Part shown: positions 36,879-46,203 of the stretch, in pieces
How the letters are laid out: each line of letters begins with the position of its first letter
How positions within the stretch are numbered: the stretch's first letter is position 1
NCBI GenBank assembly: GCA_963838085.1
Contig: CAWIPL010000015.1
Span: forward strand, 176,417-240,416
Source: an uncultured Chloroflexia bacterium
GTDB taxonomy: Bacteria > Chloroflexota > Chloroflexia > Chloroflexales > Roseiflexaceae
Length of the DNA: 64,000 nucleotides
Reading direction: 5' to 3'
Program-made: the position numbers and the translations under genes
The notes under the pieces: generated by a model
The model's input: only the letters and a program-made list of their open reading frames with translations
What the model was told of the DNA's origin: nothing
Databases searched by the model: none

Positions 36879-37730
36879 CTACAAGCCGCATGCTGACGAG
36901 CCGGGATTATTGATGCAATACGTCAGCAGCACGAGCGCTACACCGTTGTTGATTGCATGGGCTAAAATACTTGGAATCAAACTGCGGGTGCGATCCATAG
37001 CCCACGCAAACAGCAGTCCCATGACAAATGCGGGAACGAGCAGCCCAACAAGTCCCTCAGTTGCCGCCAGTGAGTGCGCCAGCATGAACAGCAGCGCGCT
37101 GATAATGTAGGCTGCTGGACGGCCCCATGCGAACCGTGCCCAGCTTTGCTTGAAGGCATTGAATGCATAGCCACGAAACAGTGTTTCTTCACCCATAGGC
37201 ACAATCACGGCTGCGCCAATGAAGAACAGCGCCTGCCCAATATAATCGCCCGCGTAGAGAGGATACTGCGCCGACTGGTTCTGTTGCACGCCGAATGACG
37301 AAAAGATTGCGCCGAACATGCCATTGCTGATCAGCGTCACCACGCCGAGGCCAATGCCAAGCGCAACGAGCTTGAGCGGCTGTGGCGCGCGGAACCCGAT
37401 CGTACTGATTGGCTCGCGCCGCAACACACCGACGCGTAGCAGTGGCACAGCGATAAAGATCAAATTCTGGACAACCAGCGTCGCGAAGATGCCTGGTACG
37501 CCAATCAACCGAATGGCATATTCCGGGCTGACGTTGCCACCACTAAAGAGTTGGCCACCTTGCCGCATACTGTTGCCAATTAAAAACACTGCAGCAATGA
37601 TGGACGTGATAATGATAACGCCAATCATGGTCACCACGAAGTCGATGAAAAAGACGCCGGCGAGCGGCCAGCGCCCTCTACTTTGTGGTTGCGTCTCATA
37701 CGCCGGATAGTCGCCTTCGTACTGGGCCAT
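36879..37730 (-). CDS. CPBP family intramembrane glutamic endopeptidase (CAAX protease-like)
   Basis: Motifs GEETLFRGY and …LAHSL…HAINN across TM helices. The ATG at 37730 overlaps the miaB stop (TGATG). Confidence 0.8.
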   Translation of the reverse strand: MAQYEGDYPAYETQPQSRGRWPLAGVFFIDFVVTMIGVIIITSIIAAVFLIGNSMRQGGQLFSGGNVSPEYAIRLIGVPGIFATLVVQNLIFIAVPLLRVGVLRREPISTIGFRAPQPLKLVALGIGLGVVTLISNGMFGAIFSSFGVQQNQSAQYPLYAGDYIGQALFFIGAAVIVPMGEETLFRGYAFNAFKQSWARFAWGRPAAYIISALLFMLAHSLAATEGLVGLLVPAFVMGLLFAWAMDRTRSLIPSILAHAINNGVALVLLTYCINNPGSSACGL

Positions 37731-39113
37731 CAGGCCAGTTCTCCCTCTGCCACGAGGTCGCTTTGGAGTGACCATGGGCTCGTGTGCGTGACGCGGACAC
37801 GGGCAAGCCGTCCGGTCCAATCGCGGTCGTCACTGAAGAAGACGAGCTTGTTGCCGGGCGTGCGACCGCGCCACTTGCCCTTGCTTTCGCCCTCAACCAA
37901 CACTTCCACAATGTGGCCAAGCAGTTGTGCGTTGCGTTCGGTCGCGATGCCTTCTTGGATGCGTTCAAGCTCGACGCGGCGGGCCTGTTTTTCGCCCTCT
38001 GGCACGGCCAGCGCAGGGTCTTCTTCCATTGCACCAGCGCGCGTGCCTGGCCGCCATGAGTAGGCTGCAATATGCACTTTGTCGAAGCGTATCTCCTCGA
38101 TCAGCGCTTTGGTGCCTTCAAAGTGTTCGCGCGTCTCACCCGGGTGGCCGACAATAATGTCGGTGACCATGGCAACGTGCGGGATGGCTGACCGAATGCG
38201 CCCCACCAGGTCGCGGTAGCGCTGCACGGTGTAGCCGCGCCGCATGACCTTGAGCATGGTGTCGTGCCCGGCCTGCACCGGAAGGTTGATTTCCGGCATG
38301 ACGCGCGGCAATTCAGCAATGGTCGCAATCAGCTTGTCGGTCATCCATGCCGGATGCGACGTCAGGAATCGCATCCGAACCAGGCCTGGCACCTCGTGTA
38401 CGGCACGCAGCAACTCGGCAAGATTAGGCCGTCCCGGCAGATCGTGGCCCCATGAGCTCGACAATCTGGCCCAGCAGCGTAATCTCTTTCGCGCCGCGAG
38501 CGACGATGCGCTGCACTTCGTCCACAATTTCTTCCAACGGGCGGCTGCGCTCGCGGCCACGCCGCTGGGGAATCACGCAAAAGGCACAATTCATGTTACA
38601 GCCGTACTGGATTGGCACATGCACCGACACCGGTGGATGCGTCCAGTTGGCGACTGGCAGCGCAGGCTCGTCGAGCTGATAGATGGAGTTGGGTGCGAGG
38701 GCCAGCACCTCATCCACTGCCGAGGGCGACACGAAATGATCGACCACCGGCAGGCGCTGCTTGAAGATCGACTGGTTGTTCGGGCCGACCATGCAGCCCC
38801 ATAGCACCACCGTGGTGTCTGGCAATTCGCGCTTCACACGCTGCAACTCGCCCAGCTTGCCGATGATGCGCTCTTCCGCCGAGGCCCGCACGCTGCATGA
38901 ATTCAGCACAATGAAGCTGGCCTCTTCAGGCCGGTCAGCCGGCGCATAGCCGACGCCTTGCAGCGCCGCCTCAAGCCGATCTGAATCGGAGATATTCATC
39001 TGGCAGCCGACCGTCCAGACATAATAGCGCCGGTCGCGCGGTGTAGTGTCACGCGAGGGGCGCGGAATCAGCGGCTGGGCTGCATCTTGTGTGAGTAAAA
39101 TAAGATTTTCCAT
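37730..39113 (-). pseudogene. miaB: tRNA (i6A37) methylthiotransferase MiaB, frame-disrupted as sequenced
   Basis: The N-terminal ORF 38424..39113 has the UPF0004 domain and the radical-SAM motif CNMNCAFC. The C-terminal ORF 37730..38560 has the rest of the radical-SAM fold and the TRAM domain. They join as …[12 protein letters not shown] / [16 protein letters not shown]… at about 38450-38460. Confidence 0.85.
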
Positions 39114-39240
39114 AATTGTTGTTGCGCGGCGTTACGCGCCGCAGCCAAGCATTATAGCGCATATGAAAGCCATGCGCAAACAGATTTATTGCGTCAAACA
39201 TAAAACGTAACGAGAGCTCTGCCCAGTTACATTCTACATT

Positions 39241-39879
39241 CTACCAAATAATAATCGGCAGTCCGGTGCTAACGCTCTTGTCGGCAGCATCGCGCAGCAC
39301 TTTGAGGCAGCGGTATGGCCCGCTCTTGGTCGGAATGCTGGCCGACTGGAGCATACGATCTAATTCGACCAACTCGCGCTGAAGCGCCACCGACGAGCCG
39401 AAGCTAACGACATGCTCCTCAATGTTTTCGGTGGTATCTGCGTCATCGCTGTCAAACTCCAGCCAGATTGGCTCAGGGAAGTCCGTCGGCAGGTAGTAGC
39501 CACCCTCGGCCTGGTGGTTGATCAAGTGCGGGAAGCGGGTCTTCTCCGTGCCTTCCCAGATGCCGGCCAGAATCGGGTCGGGTTCGCCGTCCATGTCAAC
39601 CTGGTCAAGCACGCCCGACACGTCCCGGTTGCGCTCCAGATATGCCGCCAGAATGCGCAGTTCATACAAATCCATGAACCGATCGATGCCGCCTTCCCAC
39701 ACTTCGGTGCCAGGACTCGACAAAAGGTCGGCTTCTACGCCCTCTTCGCGCAGCAGATCCTGAATATCAGACAGCCACTCACGCTCTTCTTCGTACTGCG
39801 CGCGGTCTTCCTCAGGTGTGGTCGTGTGGAGCGACCCGACCACCAGATCGAGCTCGGTCGCGTCAGAGCCATTGCTCAT
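39241..39879 (-). CDS. hypothetical acidic protein
   Basis: Derived from ORF 39241..40047. The start is likely MSNGSDATELD (39879), 8 nt after a GGAGA. No motif was recognised. Confidence 0.5.
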   Translation of the reverse strand: MSNGSDATELDLVVGSLHTTTPEEDRAQYEEEREWLSDIQDLLREEGVEADLLSSPGTEVWEGGIDRFMDLYELRILAAYLERNRDVSGVLDQVDMDGEPDPILAGIWEGTEKTRFPHLINHQAEGGYYLPTDFPEPIWLEFDSDDADTTENIEEHVVSFGSSVALQRELVELDRMLQSASIPTKSGPYRCLKVLRDAADKSVSTGLPIIIW

Positions 39880-39977
39880 AGTTGCATTCTCCATGTAGAG
39901 ATATATTCCTCCATTGTATACGCGCAGTATACCACCGACCTGTAAGTTGTGGTATAGTTGCACAGATAGCGACCAAA

Positions 39978-40045
39978 AGAAGATAGAAGGATCACAGCGA
40001 CAGTGCCATAATTTATCTTCTATCCTCAATCCTCTATCTTTATCC
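39978..40045. repeat. heptamer-repeat hairpin in divergent intergenic spacer
   Basis: AGAAGATAGAAGGAT, a spacer of about 22 nt, then ATCTTCT-ATCCTCA-ATCCTCT-ATCTTTA-TCC. Confidence 0.65.
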
Positions 40046-40083
40046 ATACTCTTTTGATACTTTTAAGTGAGTTGAGGAACGCG

Positions 40084-41418
40084 ATGATTGCAGAGCCTCA
40101 AGTGCAGCCGGCGCATGTGCCCTTTGCTGGCCCCGATACGCCTAGCGATGATGTGATTAATACATGTGTTCATTGTGGATTGTGCCTGTCTTCATGCCCA
40201 ACGTACCGCGAAACGGGCGTCGAAATGTCGTCGCCGCGTGGCCGCATCTACCTGATGAAGGCCGTGTCGGAAGGGCGGATCGGCATGGAAAGCACCGTGT
40301 TCCAGGAGCAGATGAGCCAGTGCCTGAACTGCCGGGCCTGCGAGGCGGTGTGTCCCAGCGGCGTGATGTACGGCCAGATTCTTGAAGCGTCGCGGGCGCA
40401 GATCGAGCATGCCCGCGATCATGATAACCTGCCGCCACACCCATTGTTGGTGAAGCTCATCCGCAGCAGCGTGTTCGGCGTGATGTTCAAGCGCATGGAG
40501 ATGTTCCGGCTGTTTTCGCGCGCCATGTGGTTGTATCAACGCACCGGCGTGCAGTGGATCGCGCGGCGTTCTGGCATGCTCAAGGCGCTCAAGCTTGACG
40601 AGAGCGAGGCGCTGCTGCCACGCATGTGCGACGAATTTGTGGTGCCGCAGGGCCAGATCTTTCCAGCGGAAGGCACTGAGCGCTATGTTGTAGCGCTGCT
40701 CAGCGGCTGCATCATGTCCACTGCATTTGCTGACATTCACGCCGCGACCATTCGTGTGCTGCAAAAGAACGGCTGCACCGTAGTCATTCCGCCTGATCAG
40801 GGCTGCTGTGGTGCCTTACATGTGCATGGTGGCGACATGGACGGCGGGCGCGATTTGGCGCGGCGCAATATCGCGGCGTTTGAAGGGCTGGGCGTGGACG
40901 CGATTATTGTCAACGCGGCGGGCTGCGGCTCGACCATGAAGGAGTACGGCCATCTGCTGCATGACGATCCGGCATGGGCGGCGCGCGCGCATGCCTTCGA
41001 TCAAAAGGTCAAGGATGTCAGTGAGTTTCTGGCGGCGATCGGGTTGAACACTGCTGACCTCAAGCCGGTTGATGCAACCGTGACATACCAGGAGCCGTGC
41101 CACCTCGCGCATGCCCAGCGCATCACTGCCCAGCCGCGCAAGCTGCTCAATGCTATTCCCGGACTGAAGCTGGTGGAGATGCATGAGTCGGCGCTGTGCT
41201 GCGGCTCGGCAGGCATCTACAACGTCACGCAGCCGGAGATGGCTGCGCGGCTTGGCAACCGCAAGCTCGACAATGCTGAGGCGACAAGGGCCGACATGAT
41301 CGTGACAGCCAACCCGGGCTGCCATTTGCAGCTTGCCAGCGGCTTGCGTGCGCGCCACAGTGGCATGAAAGTGTATCACATCGTCGAGATGCTGGATCGC
41401 TCGTATCGCGGCGCGTAG
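40084..41418 (+). CDS. (Fe-S)-binding protein, GlcF / heterodisulfide-reductase-like (two 4Fe-4S motifs + CCG domains)
   Basis: ATG at 40084 after a GAGGAA. Motifs CVHCGLCLSSCP and CLNCRACEAVCP. The C-terminal region has Cys-rich CCG repeats (…GCCGALH…, …ALCCGSAG…). Confidence 0.8.
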   Translation: MIAEPQVQPAHVPFAGPDTPSDDVINTCVHCGLCLSSCPTYRETGVEMSSPRGRIYLMKAVSEGRIGMESTVFQEQMSQCLNCRACEAVCPSGVMYGQILEASRAQIEHARDHDNLPPHPLLVKLIRSSVFGVMFKRMEMFRLFSRAMWLYQRTGVQWIARRSGMLKALKLDESEALLPRMCDEFVVPQGQIFPAEGTERYVVALLSGCIMSTAFADIHAATIRVLQKNGCTVVIPPDQGCCGALHVHGGDMDGGRDLARRNIAAFEGLGVDAIIVNAAGCGSTMKEYGHLLHDDPAWAARAHAFDQKVKDVSEFLAAIGLNTADLKPVDATVTYQEPCHLAHAQRITAQPRKLLNAIPGLKLVEMHESALCCGSAGIYNVTQPEMAARLGNRKLDNAEATRADMIVTANPGCHLQLASGLRARHSGMKVYHIVEMLDRSYRGA

Positions 41419-41445
41419 TCATCCGGTGTGAGAATTGCAGATTCA

Positions 41446-41474
41446 AAAAGGGACGAGAACATCTCGTCCCTTTT
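41446..41474. terminator. hairpin terminator between convergent genes
   Basis: AAAGGGACGAGA-ACAT-CTCGTCCCTTT forms a stem of about 11-12 bp, flanked by an A-run on one side and a T-rich stretch on the other. Confidence 0.65.
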
Positions 41475-41502
41475 GTCATTTCGCCGCCTGTGCATTCGCA
41501 TG

Positions 41503-42270
41503 TCACACAACGGCCTGAGCTGCGAGCGCCAGTGTGCAGAGTTCGATATCGCTGGTCATGGCGGCTTCATCAGCGGCGTGGAGTGTGCTATCGTCCAGAT
41601 AGCTGGCAACCGTAGGGCGCAGCCTCTGCCATGGCAACAGCGAAAGCTCGGCCTGCGCAAGGTTTGGCATGTCGAGCAGAAAGGCGCGAATGTGCGGCGC
41701 GGCGAAGCCTGCGGCAGTGAACTGCGCGGCGAGTTCGTCGCCAACATCTGGTGCAGAAGCCAACAGCGCGCCCGCTGCCTGCGCTTTCATGCGAGCGGCA
41801 TGAAGCTGCGCGGCCAGCGCGGGCGGCCAGCGCGTGATCTCGGCCCATGCCTGCGTGCCGCTGACGACCAGCACCTGGCCGCCAGGCTGCACAACTCTGC
41901 GGAGTTCTCGCAATGCCATCACCGGATTGCCAAACAAGCCGAGCGCCGCAATGCAGCATGCCGCCGCGATGCAATTGTCAACGAGTGGCAGGGCGTGGGC
42001 GTTGGCAGTGAGCAGGTGAACGGGCGAGCAGGTGAATAGGCGATGTGCTGCTGCTGTGCAATCTGTAATCTGCCATCTGCAATCTGCAATTGCTGAGTAG
42101 TCGTGGTCGAGCGCGAGCAGACTGACATGCGGGCCGCATGCCTCGCGCAGGAGCGGCAGCTTGAGGCCGGAGCCGCTGGCGAGATCGAGAACGATGCCAT
42201 TACGGGGCAGTCCGGCGGCGGCAAGCATGTGTCGCAGAATGGGAATGAGTGGCTCGTGTAAAATATCCAT
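41503..42270 (-). CDS. class I SAM-dependent methyltransferase
   Basis: VLDLASGSGLKL (motif I), …LPLVD…, VVQPGGQVLVVSG. It contains the heptamer array at 42056-42095 and an adjacent 16-nt tandem duplication. Confidence 0.75.
   Translation of the reverse strand: MDILHEPLIPILRHMLAAAGLPRNGIVLDLASGSGLKLPLLREACGPHVSLLALDHDYSAIADCRWQITDCTAAAHRLFTCSPVHLLTANAHALPLVDNCIAAACCIAALGLFGNPVMALRELRRVVQPGGQVLVVSGTQAWAEITRWPPALAAQLHAARMKAQAAGALLASAPDVGDELAAQFTAAGFAAPHIRAFLLDMPNLAQAELSLLPWQRLRPTVASYLDDSTLHAADEAAMTSDIELCTLALAAQAVV
42056..42095. repeat. heptamer tandem array inside the methyltransferase CDS
   Basis: GTGCAAT-CTGTAAT-CTGCCAT-CTGCAAT-CTGCAAT-TGCTG. This is the same CTGCAAT unit as the right arm of the pyrK element. 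Confidence 0.75.
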
Positions 42271-42461
42271 AGCGATTAAGAAGTCGCCACAGAGGGCACC
42301 GAGCGCACCGAGAAAGTACCCATCAGTATATACTATGCTCTGTGATCGCTGTGTGCTCTATGGCAAACATTCAGTGGTTGTCTGTGCAGAATACAGCATC
42401 TGACAATACGTTGCGTTCTTCGTGCTTGTGTGGTGAATCATGCCAATAGATTCTTGTTCGC

Positions 42462-43475
42462 GTGCTTGGTTTTAACGGACCAAATATCTACGGCCCGCAG
42501 CCGGGCGTGCTGTTGCAGGTCCATTCTGAGCGGGATCGCAGTGTGTTGTTGCGCGATAGGCTCAAAGACGGCGCGCAGCGAGTCGGCATGGTGCTCGGCT
42601 ACCTCGATGTGGCCACCGTGCCAGTTGACGAGGGGTATGTTATCACGGCCAGCTTTGTGACGCCAACGCCTGCGATCGGTGTGGAGCTTGCGCGCCACGC
42701 TATTGAGGCATTGAACGCCCATGAAAGCGGCGATGAGGCATATGATTTCGATGAACAGCTTTGGGATTTGCAGAAGCGGCGGCGCGCCGAAGCGCTGCCG
42801 GTTGCGGCGCTGCAAGTTGTGGCCGAGGCGGCGCAACGTGGCCTGCCCAGCTACGTGCGGGCGGATGGCCGGCTTCAGATCGGCTACGGTGCACGCGGCT
42901 GGTCGCTGGATATAGAATCCATGCGCGGCAGCACGATGCGCATGCCAGGTGTGCCAGGACGTGATGCGCCGCAGTTCGCCGCGCCCGCTGTTGCGGTGCC
43001 CTGGGAGCAGATTAGCGTAATTCCAATTGTCGCGCTGACGGGCGGCATGGATGCCGATACGGCAGCCCAGGCAGTAGCGGCGGCACTCCGGGCCGATGGT
43101 GCGGCGGTTGGGCTGGCGGTGGCGGCAGGGTTTGACGCGGCGCGGGCATTGCTGGCTGAGCGGTCGATTACATGCGCGGTGCTCAGTCTTGACGTGACGG
43201 ATCTGTTACAACGCGGGCTGCCGTTCGATCAGTGCGCTGCGAGCGCGGTGCTGTCACTGCCGGATGCGCTGCCGAGCGGTGCTGCCGAGCGGGAAGAGCT
43301 TGTGCGGGCATTGGGATTGCCCATGCTGGTGACAGTGCCGGATGGCGCAGCGCTGCTGAACACTGCCGTGCCGGAACTGGCCGCGCTGGCAGAGTACGCG
43401 CCATGTCCGGTCGTGCCATTCGCTGCTGGCGCTGATACTGTGGCGACGCTGCTGCGAGTGTTGCGCCAGCGGTAG
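42462..43475 (+). CDS. hypothetical protein (N-terminus reminiscent of cyanophycin-synthetase N-domain; weak)
   Basis: 337-aa ORF with a GTG start. LGFNGPNIYGPQPGVLLQV… resembles the GPN-containing N-terminal segment of CphA-like proteins. The rest is Ala-rich with no ligase motifs. Confidence 0.4.
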   Translation: MLGFNGPNIYGPQPGVLLQVHSERDRSVLLRDRLKDGAQRVGMVLGYLDVATVPVDEGYVITASFVTPTPAIGVELARHAIEALNAHESGDEAYDFDEQLWDLQKRRRAEALPVAALQVVAEAAQRGLPSYVRADGRLQIGYGARGWSLDIESMRGSTMRMPGVPGRDAPQFAAPAVAVPWEQISVIPIVALTGGMDADTAAQAVAAALRADGAAVGLAVAAGFDAARALLAERSITCAVLSLDVTDLLQRGLPFDQCAASAVLSLPDALPSGAAEREELVRALGLPMLVTVPDGAALLNTAVPELAALAEYAPCPVVPFAAGADTVATLLRVLRQR

Positions 43476-43592
43476 CCGGGCAGGCTCGTCATGCGCATGG
43501 TAATGATGGTACGACGACGTTTCGCTCATTGAGTGCAGCGGGCGTGGCAAGCCATATTTTTTCCCTAACGAGCAGCGACATGTACGATGTGA

Positions 43593-44411
43593 CTATTTTT
43601 TTGTTTTTTTACCCTTAACTACCAGCACCGGCACCGGGCTGACGTGCATCAGATCGCCGGTGATGTCTTCCAGCAGAATGTGGTCGAGGGCACTGGCGAT
43701 GCGATGCGCGCCGATGATCAGCAGGCCGTAGTTGGTAGTGTGCAGTTCATCCAGGATCTCATCGATCACCGGGCCGTAGCGAATCTTTGGCTTCACAACA
43801 ATGTCGTGATCTTGCAGATGCGCCATGGCCTCACGTATGGCGGCGGCTTCGGGCGTGTCGCTCTCGATGAATGCCCGATCATGGTTGTGCTGCCGTGGGG
43901 CCTGAAACGTGATCGATTGTTGCGAGTCGACGTGGAGGATCGTGACTTCAGCTTTCAATGGCCCGAGCAATTGGGCGGTAATAGCGGCGTTGTGGAGCGT
44001 GTTGGCGTTGCCGCCGCTGGCGATCAGCGCGCGCTTGATCGGGCGCACGCTGCCCTGCACCCGCAAGACTGACGGCTCAAGCTGTGTAGCGATGCGGCGG
44101 CTGGTGCGCCGCCTGAACAGCATGCGACGAATGCGGGGCCGCAGCCGTCCAAGCATTACCAGATCATAGACGTGTTCGCGCGCCGCAGCGATGATAGCGT
44201 TCTGCGCGCCGCCGGGCAGCGCACACAACTCAACCGGTATATGCTTCGGCAGTTTGAGTTGGGCAACAGCGTCGTCGAGCATGGGCTGACCGCCAGCGCT
44301 TTTGCCAGCGACAAGTGTGACACTGGTGGCGACGCTGGGAACAATCAGCTTGCTGAACGCAAGAACGTCAGCACGCGACGGTGCCTGGCCAACATAGATC
44401 ATGATGTTCAT
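43593..44411 (-). CDS. universal stress protein (tandem USP domains)
   Basis: Two USP-like halves, ending in …LLIIGAHRIASALDHILLEDITGDLMHVSPVPVLVV. Confidence 0.8.
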   Translation of the reverse strand: MNIMIYVGQAPSRADVLAFSKLIVPSVATSVTLVAGKSAGGQPMLDDAVAQLKLPKHIPVELCALPGGAQNAIIAAAREHVYDLVMLGRLRPRIRRMLFRRRTSRRIATQLEPSVLRVQGSVRPIKRALIASGGNANTLHNAAITAQLLGPLKAEVTILHVDSQQSITFQAPRQHNHDRAFIESDTPEAAAIREAMAHLQDHDIVVKPKIRYGPVIDEILDELHTTNYGLLIIGAHRIASALDHILLEDITGDLMHVSPVPVLVVKGKKTKK

Positions 44412-44455
44412 ACAAGATACATCATATCACATAGTGAGAATCACAGAACCATTGT

Positions 44456-44480
44456 AGGGGCGAACCTATGTGTTCGCCCT
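44456..44480. repeat. REP-like palindrome GGGGCGAAC-CTATGT-GTTCGCCC
   Basis: Stem of 8-9 bp in the 81-bp spacer between two minus-strand genes. It has the same core as the 4746-4778 hairpin. Confidence 0.7.
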
Positions 44481-44492
44481 TGAGAGCGCCCA

Positions 44493-45644
44493 TCATTTTA
44501 CAAGCAAAAGCACGACCGGAATCAGCAACATGATAAACAAAAATATACCGAGCGAGCGATTCGTATGAATAATAACCTCTTGCGTGCGGAGAATGGCGCG
44601 CTCGAACGGGCGGTACATAAACAGCAGCACAATGAGCGATAGCACCGCCACGCTCAGCATTTCGGTCAGCACAATCGTGAAGGCTGCCGGGCCGCCCGTG
44701 ATCAGCGCGGCAATCAATGTGTCGATGAACGTCGTGATGTTCGCTCCCATGATGTAGGGCAACGTGTTCTCGCGGCGTACCAGACCACGCGCTGAGAGCG
44801 GCACCAGAATCGACAGCGACACTGAGACGGACAGCGTCACTGACGTGACTGCTGCGCCCAGCAGGAACATGGCAACCGGTCGGTAGACCACGCGCCCGAT
44901 GCGCTGGAACGAGCTACGCTCCGCATGCATTTCCGGAAGTGCGCGATCAAGAAGGCTGAAGGCCACCAGCAGCGTGCCGATGCCGCCGAGCAGCACCAAC
45001 CAACCCGGCAGCCCCCACACTTTGATCATGCCCATGATTGGCCCGTACACTACATCAAGAAACGAAAACACAGGCGTGGCGTCCTGCATTTGCAGACTAC
45101 TCAGCGCGCCCGATGTCAGCAGCCAGTAGCCAATCGCCAGCGCGGGCAGGTAGATCGCGGCGGTGGTCAGCATGGCTAGCACGCCAATCGCAATGCTGGC
45201 GGCGCGCGGCTGACCGCGCAGGTAATACAAAAAGCCGACAAATAGCACAATAAATGACGCGCCCAGCCGCGAGCCAGTGATCATGGTGAAGGCTTGCAGC
45301 GCGGTGATCGTGCCGGACGCAAAGAACGAAACGGCGATGGCAGCAACTGGCGAGCCGCTAAGAAAAATGTAGGCCAGCAACCAGCCAAAGCCCATTGCGT
45401 TAGTGGCATTGACGATGTTGAGTAGCTGCATAATTGTGCGGCCATACTGGCCAGTGCCTTGCTTTAGCAACTGCAAAGCCAGAATGAAGAGAAACAAGCC
45501 GACCAGCATCAGCGCAACTTTTTGCAACCAGATGGCGGGCGCGCTGCGGGTGCGCGCTTGCTTCTTCGGTGTATCAGTGGATTGCGGCAACGATTGCAGC
45601 AGTGCAGGGTTGCTCTCCGTCGCATCGTGTTGGGAATGAGTCAC
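44493..45644 (-). CDS. Na/Pi cotransporter family membrane protein
   Basis: Polytopic membrane protein. Duplicated motif pattern (…ITGSRLGASFIVL… and …IMGANITTFIDTLIAAL…), as in Na_Pi_cotrans repeats. Confidence 0.6.
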   Translation of the reverse strand: MTHSQHDATESNPALLQSLPQSTDTPKKQARTRSAPAIWLQKVALMLVGLFLFILALQLLKQGTGQYGRTIMQLLNIVNATNAMGFGWLLAYIFLSGSPVAAIAVSFFASGTITALQAFTMITGSRLGASFIVLFVGFLYYLRGQPRAASIAIGVLAMLTTAAIYLPALAIGYWLLTSGALSSLQMQDATPVFSFLDVVYGPIMGMIKVWGLPGWLVLLGGIGTLLVAFSLLDRALPEMHAERSSFQRIGRVVYRPVAMFLLGAAVTSVTLSVSVSLSILVPLSARGLVRRENTLPYIMGANITTFIDTLIAALITGGPAAFTIVLTEMLSVAVLSLIVLLFMYRPFERAILRTQEVIIHTNRSLGIFLFIMLLIPVVLLLVK

Positions 45645-45698
45645 GAGCGGCCTCCTTTATGCGTGGCGGCATGTCAATAGGAATCGTTGAGCAACGAA

Positions 45699-46124
45699 CT
45701 AGATCAGAGTTGGGTGTGGTGTGTTCAAGGCGTGCAGGGCTTCCTGCAAGTCATTTGGCAGGCGGGCCGGGCGACCCGTCGCGCGCGCAACAAAGACATG
45801 TTCACTGCGGGCGGTGACAAGCAACGTTCCGGTTTCGGCCAGACGCAATGTGTAGGTGAAGGCAAGCTGGCGACTGCGTATATCGTCCAGTGCCGTGTTG
45901 ATGACGACCTCGTCGTCGTAGCGGGCAGCGGCATGGTAGCGCACCTGCAAGTCCGTCAGAGCAGCAAAAAAACCACGCGCCTCGATCTCGCGGTAGCTTG
46001 TGCCGCTCGCGCGCAGCAGCTCTGTACGGCCCTGCTCCAGCCACACGATGTAGCTCGCATGGTGGACAACGCCCATGGCATCGGTTTCAGCGTAACGAAC
46101 GCGGATAGTTGTCGTTATATTCAT
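45699..46124 (-). CDS. acyl-CoA thioesterase (4HBT / YbgC-like hotdog fold)
   Basis: VRYAETDAMGVVHHASYIVWLEQGRTELLR is the typical 4HBT N-terminus. Confidence 0.85.
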   Translation of the reverse strand: MNITTTIRVRYAETDAMGVVHHASYIVWLEQGRTELLRASGTSYREIEARGFFAALTDLQVRYHAAARYDDEVVINTALDDIRSRQLAFTYTLRLAETGTLLVTARSEHVFVARATGRPARLPNDLQEALHALNTPHPTLI

Positions 46125-46203
46125 GGCACCATTACAGAATCAAAACTATGATCGAATTTATACGTGCCATTATACATGACTTTTTTAATCAAGAAAATAA
46201 AGT

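Noticed and set aside
42010-42041. The 16-nt direct repeat as a target-site duplication of the heptamer element
   Set aside because: The two copies are adjacent to each other on one side of the array rather than flanking it. This fits a tandem duplication, not a TSD.
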